A DNA stretch of 64,000 bases, from contig NMRA01000223.1 in assembly GCA_002633005.1 (NCBI GenBank), positions 218,237 to 282,236 on the forward strand, in the 5' to 3' direction. The stretch comes from Phoronis australis. Its lineage: Eukaryota > Animalia > Phoronida. A program made the translations under genes and the position numbers. Shown here piece after piece: positions 1 through 12,000 of this stretch. Every line of letters starts with the position of its first letter. The first letter of the stretch is position 1. Under the pieces are notes generated by a model. The model was not told the origin of the DNA and ran no database searches. It saw only the letters and a program-made list of their open reading frames with translations.

Positions 1-249
1 AGGTCAATACATGAATGAGAAACGTCGGTGATACGGGTTGGCTCATTAATTAGTTGTATGCAGTCATTAGACAATAAAATATCAAACAATTGTAGTCCGG
101 CCGTATTGTCATGATCATCATTGTACCATGTAGAGTTTCGGGCATTGAAATCACCATTTATGATTATACTAACGCTATTGCGGTTAAGTTCCGCTAACTG
201 ATCGGCTAGGACTTTGAAGTAGAGTTTTCTTTCAGTTGGAGATTGAGAA

Positions 250-477
250 GGTAACCCAAGTCTAATGTTAAATCTCGTTTAAGGTACCAGTGCAGGTCTA
301 ATTTCTTTTGACCGCCGTGGTAAAAGGAAAATGACCTCAGGCCAGGTTTGATTTTTTTGTTGCTAGAACACGGTCTCAAATTTAAACCAACTTTATGAAA
401 TGCAGATTATTCTTAAACCTGGTCCAACTCAATTTTATACCATGATTAGCATGAAACCGCCCTGATGAAATCGGCTG
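250..477. mobile_element. Right part of a Harbinger-like MITE (same family as 598-1739)
   Basis: Ends in CTGATGAAATCGGCTG (477), the reverse complement of the CAGCCGATTTCAT terminus at 598. Carries the same (AG)ACCTGG/GGTTTAA subterminal motifs. Left end not resolved. Confidence 0.55.
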
Positions 478-597
478 CAAATGTTCAGCAGGCTGAATTA
501 ACACATTAGGGAAAATGCGCATTAAATCAAGCCTGGTGCCAGCGTATACAAACCCATTCGTATTTCTTCCACGAGAGGGATTCTAGGCCTACTCTAA

Positions 598-1739
598 CAG
601 CCGATTTCATAAAGTTGGTTTAAAGTTAAACCTGATTTAAACTGGACTTAGACCAGGTTTAAAGATAATCTGCATTTCATGAAGTTGGTTTAACTTTTAG
701 GCCAATGATCTAGTAAAACCTGGTTTAACTCCAGTTTAGACCTGGTCTATGTTAGTTTTCATTTCACCAACTAGGTCTATATTCTTTAGACCTGTATTAA
801 GATCTTAAACCGTGTTTAACTTTACACTTGGTCAGATCCAGGTTTAATTATTAAATATGTCAGCCTTGCATGGTATAGAAACAACTGAATGATGCCGCGG
901 AGATCATTTGCAACGCAATTTTAGAGCAAAGATGGACTATTTTCAGTATTCAGTTTTATTATGACACAAGATCAAACGTAGCAGGGGCGGATCCAGGATA
1001 TTTTAAAGGAGGGGGGGGCGGTCAAGGAGTTTTTGAAAGGGGGAAGTCAAAAACTTGAAAATTATAGATTTGGTATCAATAAAATCAAGGAAAAAAGAGG
1101 AGTTCCCGACTCCTTGACCCCAGTGAATCCGCGTATGCGTAGACCAGTACTTCCCGGAGTGTGTCCTGTGGATTTATCAGAATACGACTGGTCGTGCAGG
1201 GCGTCATCGACGTAAGCCCTACGGATTTGACTAAATACAGCATCTTCTGATTTTTCTGCCTGAGTTCCTCCTCCACTGCTCTCCGATATACTGTTGCTAG
1301 AAAGGGGTTTTGCCCCCCTTTGGCCGCGGAAAACAAACTCTTAAATGACAAGGAAATAAATTTGGGCAGGTAACATGTTACATGTACATCTCATCGGGAG
1401 CATGTTCTTTAATATGTGTGTGTTGGGCACAGAACTTACAGTTTTCCTCATGTTAAAAGCTTTTAGATGTTTTCGTAAGTGTCTCCACGTGATCAAGGTT
1501 TCATTGAAGCACTTCAACAGTTTCTTTGTTGTGTTTACCCAGCTCAACACAGTGGGGTGCCTTTGATACTTTAAACCTTGTTTTACTGAAACAGCTCCCT
1601 GGTCTAGCAAAACCAGACTTTCAAACTCTTAAACAATGTTGGTGAAAAGCAAGTCAGGTCTAAATTTAGACCAAGTATAGGAGGATCAGTTTTAAGTCTA
1701 AAACCTGGTTTTGTTAATCCACCTTGATAAAATCGGTTG
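598..1739. mobile_element. PIF/Harbinger-type non-autonomous element (MITE), TAA target duplication
   Basis: TAA|CAGCCGATTTCATAAAG ... CTTGATAAAATCGGTTG|TAA, with dense subterminal repeats (AAACCTGG, AGACCTGG, GGTTTAA) at both ends. A 3-bp TWA TSD is typical of PIF/Harbinger. Confidence 0.75.
982..1134. mobile_element. Small GGCGGATCCAG-type MITE nested in 598-1739
   Basis: CAGGGGCGGATCCAGG ... GAATCCGC with G-run interior. Related termini at about 4378-4534 (CTGGATCCGCCC) and 27012 (GTGGCGGATCTAGG). Confidence 0.5.
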
Positions 1740-2034
1740 TAAATGTTTACCAGAAACTCAATTTCAAACATCAACCGCGTAGAGGTTACGAGTTTCTGCC
1801 CTTGGCATTCTAAGTTATTTCAGCCAGTGTTTCTTTGCCGTGAAGACATCGCCAAATAAATGCGATACTTTAATTGGCCTGTACTGGGAACTAGGAGCTT
1901 AGATCAACATTTGTATTATCCAGGGCCCGATGGTGACACTTGATGATTGAGAAAAACGTTGTCTCAGTACTAAATATCTCCTAATAAGAGCTACAGACAA
2001 TTTTAAATTTTTACAACGACACCCTTACAAAAAT

Positions 2035-2400
2035 GAACTTAAGTTTTTGGAAAATAACTTAAGTTATATAGGAAAAACTTAAGTTTTTAAAAGAAACTTA
2101 AGTTTTCAAAACTTAATTTTTTAAAACTTAAGTTTTTCGCCAAAAACTTAAGTTTTTCAGCACAATGTTTTTCAGAGAACTTAAGTTTTTTCAGGTGTAA
2201 AACTTAAGTTTTCACAAATGAACTTAAGTTTCAAGTAATAACTTAAGTTTCCTATAAACTTAATTTTTGTACTAACAAAACTTAAGTTTTTTTGATAACT
2301 TAAGTTGATCACAAAACTTAAGTTTTTGTAATTTTAAAACCTTATGTTTTCCTGACTTCTAAGTTTTTCAGAAAACTGGATTTTTTCATGTGTGGAATTT
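2035..2400. repeat. Subterminal array of the palindrome AAACTTAAGTTT (left)
   Basis: More than 15 near-perfect copies of (A)ACTTAAGTT spaced about 15-25 bp apart. Confidence 0.9.
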
Positions 2401-3239
2401 TCTGAAAATTCTAAGGTTTCTATGTGATAAAAATTTACGTTTTCAAGTTTTTAAAGTTTGAATATTGTGAGATATTTAGTTTTTGGTTCGAAATTATTCC
2501 CATTATTTTCCAACAAAAATTATTGTTTGCTCATTCAAAACCCATCATCTCTTAACAACGTTGCCCGATTGTTTCCTTAGCATTTATATAGACACAAACC
2601 ATGAAACGACAAACGTTTAACCTGGTCAGTATAGAATTAGTGCAAATACGTAATCATTATCGCACGTCTTTGTGAATTTAAATGTAGACGAACATCCGGT
2701 GACCAACAACAGTAAGAATACACCGAATGTTAATCCCCTGAGACACTGACCTGGTCAGTACAATGTACTCAATTGAACTCATGAATTGTTTAAAAACGTA
2801 GTTATTGTGCAAGTTTCCTTTGCGTTGAGTTGTATTCGTAAGGCAGTTTCCACGGAAGTCAACCGTTAAAACCGACAGTCAACTTTGAAGAAAAAGTCGT
2901 GTGTTGGCTAGCCCGCGACAATGAAGTTTATATTACTGCGAGTAGACCAAACAAGAAGACAATTCAGAAGTATTGGAAGTCAGGTTAGTGCCAGATAGCG
3001 TTTTAAAATCGATTAACCACACTCAGTTCTGTGATTTCCAACGAACGTGTTAATTTCAGTTGTTATTGTCAGCCACTCACGAGTCACGCTGTCACATACC
3101 GACATGCCGACATGGACTCATTCTGTGTGTGAATTATCTAAACTTCTAATGAGTATATAGTTCTGGAGGTCCATCAGAGGAAGCCAAGACGTTCACATTA
3201 GGCTATTACTGTATTATATTTGTGTCTTCAGAGGTTGTG

Positions 3240-3560
3240 TTAGTGAGCATCAATGCAAGGGGGGACTACCAAGGCAAAGCGTAATGATTTCCCAAGTTGG
3301 ATATATTGGCATTGGTTGTGTGTGCTTATGTCTATGCTCGTAGTAATTCTTGGAAGCTCCTGATTTTGAAATCCCATATCACTACAGGTCAATAATTTGC
3401 AAGGTTCACTTGCCTCATCCACGCACCCATCCTAAAATATGGTGCTGAAATTTTAGGGCATGTTGACCTTTTACTATAAAAACGGTGTATGTTCAGAGCT
3501 GTTCTCAGTGCATTTCTGAATTACAACTTTTTATTGGAGTTGTGTCTCGGTTTCCTATTT
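3240..3560 (+). pseudogene. Non-LTR retrotransposon RT C-terminal fragment (RTEX/CR1-like) inside the EnSpm-like element
   Basis: CCCATCCTAAAATATGGTGCTGAAATTTTAGGG translates PILKYGAEILG, the 'P.L.YG.E.W' motif of LINE RT thumbs. The same motif occurs at 36729-37277 on the - strand. Confidence 0.55.
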
Positions 3561-5850
3561 ATTATTTCTATGAGGCTGACCTTTTCATGCCCACTTCGGC
3601 AAGTGGGGGCTGCTCGTTCGAGCCTCCCCTGGGTGCGCGCATGTACCTGGTTCTCAAAATTAAGAATCACCAATGGAACTATTGTATTGCCTATTTTGAC
3701 TGATTTGTTCAGGTTTGTCGGGAGGAGCTAGGTTATTGAATGCGAAAGGACATCCCGATCCCACTACTAGTACCCTCTCTGGAATACCCCCCGTCATAGG
3801 TCACAATGCACCCAAGTGATTTGTCACCAGCCAAAATGTTAACTATTTTTACGCACAGTGAATCTTGCATATTTCCTATCTAATTGCACCAAATAATTCA
3901 ATGAAAATAAGGAAAATTTGTGGGATTTGACTTTAGGATTAAGTATGCGCTTTCGAATTTTTATCTGGTTGTCGAATACTAGAATGTCGCAAAAGTTTGC
4001 ATATTCCGACTTAAAATTTTCACATTCAATGCAAGTTCGACTGGTTTTATTAAAATCAAATATTTCAGTGTCATGATGAAAGTGATAGTTAATCTGGGTG
4101 CAACTTTACCTAGGAGTTTAGTTGAGTTGAATATGGACTGACTAGAATGATCTCCCTACATGTATGTGTGTAGGGGCATATTCTTTTCCTTCAAGAAATT
4201 TGCTTGGAACCTCAATTTAATATCTTTGCAAATGTCAGCCAGTAAAGTGATTGATATGAGTACAGGATATAGTATTTTATTTTTTACAGTAGTACATGAG
4301 TTAATAATTTTATTTTTTACTGTAAACTATTATGGTTACGTAAGACCTCTCGTGAAGACCATGCCAGTATCTTCAATGGTGGATTCAGAGGACAGCTAAG
4401 GGGCCAGGGCCCCGGCCCCCTAAAATGCTACAAGATCATTTGCAGTTGGGGGGGGCAAGGGGTGAATGTCTGATGGGCAGAACCCTACCTAATACTCTGC
4501 CCTAACCCCGCAACTCAAAATCCTGGATCCGCCCGACAGCCCCTGATCTTTACACGGATAACATTCCCTGTAAATGGGTTATGTCTGGATTCTTAAGAAG
4601 CTATCACCTACTGTTACGTTTGCTAATATCTCATTGTTTTCAGGTCTCGATTAACTTGGCGGAGTACTTGAAAGAAATAGACATCCAGACATTTGCATCA
4701 AAACAATCTCCCAGGGGTGATATTGGGCTGTTTACATCCACATGGCAGGTAGAGCTTCATGTCTCATTGTTGAGTTAAAATATTTCTGCTATCAGGTTTT
4801 GAATTTGAAAAAATATGAAATATGTGCTTGGTTTAGCCAATGGGCTTATAATCTTTAACAAGCTCACTGATTCTTTAGCCATTTGGTCAAGTCAACGTAA
4901 AACTTCTTCGTTTTGCTATCAGTTTCAAAAAGGACACGCGGAAGTATACATGTGAGATTAAACTTTCAGTTCAAACCTTGGTTGTGCCGGCTAAATGCCC
5001 ATGAAACATTAGTAAGAAGATATTTCAGTTCTATGCTGGCTGGAGACAGCTAGTTAGAATACAAGTTCCTCTGCTCATTATTTAGAGTTGTGCATTGTCT
5101 TATCAGATTAACGAATTAAACAATGAAAAGTTCATCAAAAATAATGGGAATTGTAGTTTATTGCAGTTGCCAACTGTTTCACTATTTAGTAAAAATATTA
5201 ATTAATTTGCCATAGAACTTGAAATAAAGAACACGATAACTGGTTAGCCTGAAGTCCAACTTTTATTAACACATTAATTTTTGTCTTATTCACGGTTTGT
5301 TCTAGATTATGATAGCATGGTAGGTGACCTTGTGCATGTTCTGTATTCAAGTTGGGTAGAATAAAATTGTTTTGAATGTCGCGAATCCAGGATTAAAACT
5401 TCATTCAAAACAGTATGTGGAAAAGTGCCCCTATGCAGTGCATGCTTGGACTAAACTTGCAGACTAGTCTTGCACTTGAATCCTGGAGAGTGGTTGGTTA
5501 AATTTTGAGTTTAAAAAATATTTTCTAGGCTCTGTATATAAGTCATGAAGTTTTACAAATCAGCGTTGTATAAACAGCACGATAAATATCCAGCAAGTTA
5601 AGTTGTCTTATACTGATAGCTTTTACACGTCTCTTATTAAAATGCGTTGTCTTTATTGCAGAGTGTGCCTGCAACAATCGTTGAATAAGGAAGGCTATCC
5701 AGACAACGCCACGTACGCACTTATGAACTGCAGCTCATGAACCTATGAATTCAATCATCTGAGCTCAGAAACGCGAGTTTGTAGTCACAAAACATGGATT
5801 ATTTGCTTGTCAAGGTGAAGGAAAAGATCCATCTAAATGTGGTCTAGCAT

Positions 5851-6352
5851 AGGGCCCTTTCACGTTGACTTAACTCTTGTCTGAGCGGAGCATCGACGTA
5901 TACTGCGAAGTGAAGTGGACCGTTCATTCTGACTCCGGTAGTTAATGAACTTCGAAGTAAACAGTAGGTGACGCTGTCGTGATCGAAGGTATCGCAAGGT
6001 AGCACTGGACGCTAAGATGTGACAATTCAGGAACATTTACATGTGTTCATTGACATCAAACTTATTTTTAAATTGATTGGTGATTATTAGAGCAAGGTTT
6101 AAGCAACTATTAGCCATCACACTATTAGGCAATTGTTAATGATAACAGTGGCCACTGGCAATAACTTCGACAGGACCGAAGTTGATCGTTTATACTGCGA
6201 AACAGCGTTGCCGCTAAGCACTTAAAAAATCCACCTGTTTAGTGCGAAGTTAACTGGCGCTGTTAACTTCCTTCCAGGACCAAAGTTTAAGCGTTCATAC
6301 TGACAGTAACTCCCAAAAACTTCGACGCGTCGATGTTAGTATGAAAGGCCCT
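5851..6352. mobile_element. MITE with AGGGCC(C)TTTCA termini (Harbinger-like), nested
   Basis: AGGGCCCTTTCAC at 5851 and ATGAAAGGCCCT at 6341-6352; internal AACTTCG/CGAAGT repeats. Confidence 0.6.
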
Positions 6353-6694
6353 ATAGATATGCGTATGAAGTTCAGTAGCTTTAAATTAAAGGAAAAATAA
6401 TATTTTTGTGGTCAAAGTTTTCTAATTTCAATTTCATGTAACCAGATTGTACTTAGGGTTACTTTTAGTGAAACTTGTTCTAACCATGGAGTGTATTGGA
6501 TTCACTGGTATTATGTATGTTAACAAAACGAAACTTTGTCTTTTAAATTGATATTTTTGAGGTTGAAAACAATGATAGGTGATTCTAGGCACTATTTATA
6601 GCATAAGGATTGTACTTCCCAAAATCAGATCTGTGGCCATTGTCGATAAACTATTAGTTATTTGTTACGTTTATGTTATTCTTTTGGTTAAAAA

Positions 6695-6910
6695 AAAATT
6701 AAGTTTTTAGAACTTAGGTTTTTCAAAAACTTAATTTTTGAAAAATTAAGTCATGAAAACTTAAGTTCGTTCCAAAAAACTTGTTCCAAAATACTCAAGT
6801 TTTCGTAAATGAAAACTTAAATTTTGGTAACTGAAAACTTAAGTTTACGTAAATGAAAACTTATGTTTTTGAGACCAAAAACTTAAGTTTTTCGGTGAAA
6901 AGATAAGTTC
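6695..6910. repeat. Subterminal array of AAACTTAAGTTT (right)
   Basis: About 10 copies, mirroring 2035-2400. Confidence 0.85.
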
Positions 6911-7883
6911 ATTTTTGTAAGGGCACGTTTTAAGCCGTGGTTTCGATAATTGCTCTCTATAACAAATAAGGAGCTAAGGTCATTTTTGTGATATCAAGGG
7001 CTGATGGAGACACCGGTTTTCCCGAAATGCGTTGTCCAAATACAAGTTACCTCTATATATCTCGTTTTGGTCGTGATAGACGGTCCCGGTAAACCTCGCT
7101 TCATTTTCGGGTCGGTTTAAATTCCTGAGGAAACGGCATACCTTTATTTGGTCGGTATTATGCGATTCCACGCCTATACACATCTGATGGCGTTATGTTC
7201 CATTGCCAGACCAGGCGTAATTACAATGATTATTGCTCCTACAGCCCGAAAGGATCACAAAACATTGAACGCGCTTATAAAAGCGTGTCAAGTTTGTAGT
7301 CCTTTTAGCCCTAGAGAGCCTATCACGAGCATTTCGCATTACGTGGCCCCGCAGGTTTCATAATAAAAACATTTCTGACACTCTTTCTATGCAAGCCCTG
7401 CCAATGCAAATGATGTCGTATAGATTTTGCGAGCTATTTGCCTTTCTTGCAAGATCCATGCGACGAGAGTAAGCGCGAAGCATGCTTATCGCGAACGAAA
7501 GGCTACCTGTTATTTCCCTTGGTTGCGTCTTTGTTGAATATAACAATACAGGTCGCATGAATATCTTACCGTTGGCGCCAATCACTAGGTTACTTACAAA
7601 TGCTTACCCTCATCTTGATGAAAAGACTGAAAAACAATGTTAACAATAGTATCGCCTCTCTACTGATATCTATGCAGCGAGTTTGAGTCTTAGTTTCCTG
7701 CGAGTACGGTTTTTTTAATTGCATTAATCTCTCGTTGACCGATGCTAGTATCTTGCAGTGCAATAATACATGTAGACTCCATTTTCGATTTGGAATTTTT
7801 ACCGTCTCATTTTTGTAAGCATTGATTGCTAATTCTTGTACAGGAAACATGAAACGAAATGAGGTAATTCTTTTAACTTACAG

Positions 7884-8065
7884 GTATGCAGTGTTCACCC
7901 AACTATCCACATCTGGATGACGTAAGAGAACGAAAGTACTACGGCGTGAGATTTACACCGGGCTGCTACAACTACCACTGCGCAACGGAAATTAAACCAC
8001 TGATAACACTTAATATTCCGGACCATGCAGAGTGCAGATTGTTGTGTGGAATTATCCCACGCTCG
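7884..8065 (+). CDS. Candidate Cys-rich exon (possibly PAN/apple-like) of the + strand host gene
   Basis: Acceptor TTTTAACTTACAG|GT with a phase-1 start like the other host exons. Translates GMQCSPNYP...GCYNYHC...HAECRLLCG. Donors at 8066 (GTGAGC) or 8241 (GTGAGT), but the longer form contains stops. Confidence 0.3.
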
Positions 8066-9074
8066 GTGAGCTCACTTGTTATACAGGCCCAATAAAGGCG
8101 ACGACTGTGCAAACGTCCGGCTATCCAGTGCCCGGTCGCGTGAAACAGTCTATGATAAGGACTCAACCAACATCCCACAATCTTGTTCGCAATTGTGGTT
8201 TTCACCTGCCCACAAAAACACGGTAGACTGGGTTACTTAGGTGAGTTTCTAGTTGGAGCTGTTTCACGCAACTGAGCATAGGATTCTGAAACAACAAAAC
8301 CGCACATGCTTAAGGGCGTATTGAACCATGAACCTGTTTATGGCTCCACAGATGGTTAACAGTGTTTCAGAAGGAGTAGTCGGAGGATATGCGGACAAAC
8401 CGCACCGTCGTCCCAAATACTGCGAGCAGAGCGAAAAAAACACCACCACGAGATAAAATGAGAACAACTGAGTGGACTACCTATCTCAGTCGTAAATTTT
8501 TCTGGGTTGTCTGATTGAAAACCGCTTTTTAGGCAGGATGTGATTCAGAATAAAATGCAGTTGTTGTAGACATTACATACGCATATGTATGCGTTCTAAC
8601 TCTTGAGTAAAACAGATTTGATCACCAAGTAAAAGTATGCATTTTGTGACAGAAAAAACGCAAGTGATTATAAAGACATTTTTACTTTACTTTATCACAT
8701 ATTCAGGTTAAACTTTTATTTAAATAACGATACATTCATAGCAAATTAACTCCTCTGTCAATTTCAATGAAGCTGTTTTAAATAAAAATGAAAATTATTA
8801 TTTAAATTATAAGTGATGTTCGACTACCCAATTAGTTTTGATTCTACCATAAATTAATAGTTGTAATGCGTATGGTATTTTGTGAAATGTAGTAGTTGTA
8901 TGTTTTCCTCACGGTAATCGAAAACTGATAGTTAAAACAAAAACTCTGACATCATTTTTCTTAGCGTTAGTGAAATTTACGGGGGGGGGGGGTGTTATCG
9001 AAAAATCGTGTTCCTGGTTTAAATAAGGTCGACTTGCAGAAGGCAAGAAAAACGAAGATGACACGAGTCCTTAA

Positions 9075-12000
9075 GAGCAATTCCATATAAAAACCAGATG
9101 GTGGGCTATATATGCAAAATCACCAATTTTTTTGAAACTTAGCATATCAGCTGGCCTTGTCAAAAGAAACCTGAGCCTGAATTTTTAAGAGTTTCCGAGT
9201 TTTTTTAACCCTTTTTACGACCACTTTGAAAAATAGAAAATAATAGTACTTGGAAGTAGGTGACTTTTTATTAGCAACAACACATCATCGCTTCACGCTA
9301 TAGAAAAAATAACTATATAGCAGAAAGAAGAACAGAATGACGTACAAGAAAAACTAGTTCGGATGGATTTTTTGATTTTTTATGTCCTCCCATTTTAGCC
9401 TACAAAAATGTCATTTTCACTGCTTATTATTAAGGCCATTTTTACGCATTTTTATCACTATCCCAAATCTATATCGAATTTTTTTGGAACATGAGTTAAC
9501 TTCCATCTGTTACTGCTGTCTTTGTTCAGCCCAACGCAAGAATAAAAAATCTTGTCTCTTTCATAGTTTTTGTGCTGTCAGTTTTTTACATAACTTACTT
9601 ACACACTTTTCTGCCAATCTGTGACTGCCAGTTTGATTAAAAGACTCTAGGAGGCGCTACTGGATTGTGCAATTATATCGACCAAAATGTCAAATAGAAC
9701 AAATAGCATTCGTTTTGCTACATTAGTGACGAAGGAGATCATGGGAAGCTGTATGAGAGATTTTTTCTTCGCGGATTTTCAGTTTTGCTGGTGCAAAAAT
9801 AAAAATTTGTTATAGGATTACAGAAATCAAAAAGTCAATTTTAATGTACTTATGAGTTAATAATACAAGCCCATCACCATCTCCTACTTCAGAGAAGCAG
9901 GTTTTATTCTTATTAAGGGTGCCCATTACCCATTGCTTGGCCAGTTTTCAAACACCGTAACTGACTAAGAATCCCACGCACTGCGTGCAGTGCATGCTGG
10001 TCCATTTTCAGACCTCATGGACAAATCCCTGTATATGCGCATGAAAAAGTCCTCTAAAACCATTAGCAAAGTTCATACTAAAACTAATCAAGATCTTCGA
10101 GATCACACGTGAAAAGAGGACGGTGGATTCAAGCAGAAGTGTCGTGTTATTGGACATACAAAGTGTCACGCAATGCTTCTTGTACTACAAAAAAGCGACC
10201 GAGCATGGTGGCAGTGCGCCAGTGGAATTTGCAATTTCAGAAAAATAACAGGTACGGATATTTACGATTGAAAACATAATACTTTCAGTGATATCCAAGA
10301 AACCGGCTTTCCAAACCAGTATTTAAGCAATTGGGTGTTGTTGCCACTTACCAGCTAAAAGTTTCACAATATGTAAATTCCGTTCATGCGGCGGACTCAA
10401 AACCACAGTTTTTGTAGGTATGCTAGGTTTAGTGTATGATGCATTTCTACACAACACTTCAAAAAACTGCATTTTGTTTGAAGAAAACAAGAGCTACTGA
10501 AACACAAAGTCTTATTATTTTGCTCAGTAAGGTAGACGTTTCTCAAAACTAGATAATCACTCCTTTAAAAATCTCAGTACTTTCAAGAGAATCAATCATG
10601 TAAAAAGTATGCTTTACCAATCTCAAACTGAACATAAAACAAAAAACGCTAATAAAAAGTGACAGAAGATTTCAATGTTGACCATCAGTGGCTTGGATTA
10701 TTTTCCCCAAACGGCCACCACTCAAATCTCTCCCCATGGAAGCCCCTAATTCGCGTCATATTCCATTTTTTTCCCATTTCACCCAGGGTGGACTCCAGTC
10801 CCCTAACTCCGATAATGATGACCACAACAATATCGCAAGAATAGACAACAACTAAAACATGTTCATAATTTCCTTCAGTTTATGATGACAACTCATTCAT
10901 GACTTCAAGCTCCAACTCATTCATTGAGGCAAACTCGTGGGCAGCAGCAGCATCAGCATCTTCAATATTCTGAATATTTCCGATTCGAGACACGGCAACC
11001 ATACGGGAAAAAATCCAGCAATCTGCTACTCCGACAGCCACTCTTCAGAGGAGAAAACTTTTCTTTGCTTATTCCTGGCTTCTCGCATCATCTTTTCACA
11101 ACCTCAGCTGGCTGTTGTTTTGTGCCAGACTGTTCACCTTCAGAAAATATATCACTGAGTTAAGTCTTTACCTTCTCAGAGAAGCGGACCGCTTTTCTAA
11201 TACTTTTCAGGGCCCTATCCTGCGGCGACATGATCAACAACGTAAACGGCGGACAACTCAGGTGATGATACAGCTGTGGTAGTGGATAAAATCTCAGATT
11301 GTCTTGAAATGTGGTCGAACTGAGTCTCGTTCTGGAGGGATGATGAATGAGCACCAACATCCAAGTGCTCACTTAGCTCAGCATCTGTATGAAAATATTT
11401 CGAGCACCCATAGTGTGTGCATGTGAACTTCGTATGACGTTCACTGGATACCAGCCCCGACTCAACACTTGGAGTTGTAAAACACTCGAGTGTTGCAAGG
11501 TCAAGACTTTTCAGAGGCAACAGTTTACATGACTTGTTGATGACAAGTTTTCCCTCCCCTAATCTATGGGCCTTCGATGCTCGAATGCCATCTGCGGAAT
11601 ACTCAAAGTTTGTCAGCAAACTTATCCCTGGGATAATGTGCCTGAGAAGGACCTTTGGGGCATTCACACTACAGGACGACACCTAACAGCCTTTGACATC
11701 TCCTCTAGACTCTAGAGCATGTTTCAGGTCGACTGCATTTTGAACGTTGTTGCCTTCATTGACGAAGTACTTGGCATGGGCCTTCAAGCTTGCGATTATC
11801 CTGTCACAGATGTCTTTTCCCTTCTTACTTTCACTGAAGTCGTAGCGCAGAATGGAGATGCCGGTGTTACCAGATATGTAGAACAAATGAATCAGAATGG
11901 TGGCTGAATGGTAACAATTGGCATTGTCGGAGCGTAGGAAGGCTTCCGTTATTTGTGGATCCCTAGCTTTCACCTGCCTTAGCACATCTAGCGTCAAACA

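Larger units (their letters stand above)
2022..6923. mobile_element. EnSpm/CACTA (CMC)-like DNA transposon, non-autonomous
   Basis: TIR CCCTTACAAAAATGAACTT ... AAGTTCATTTTTGTAAGGG flanked by a 2-bp duplication CA|...|CA. Subterminal arrays of AAACTTAAGTTT at 2035-2400 and 6695-6910. Exon-like relics inside (e.g. 4644-4748, bounded by CAG/GT). Confidence 0.75.

Noticed and set aside
2035-2400. CRISPR-like array of short palindromic repeats
   Set aside because: Repeats are about 12 bp with irregular short spacers, mirrored at the other end of a TIR element, in eukaryotic DNA with no cas genes. These are transposon subterminal repeats.
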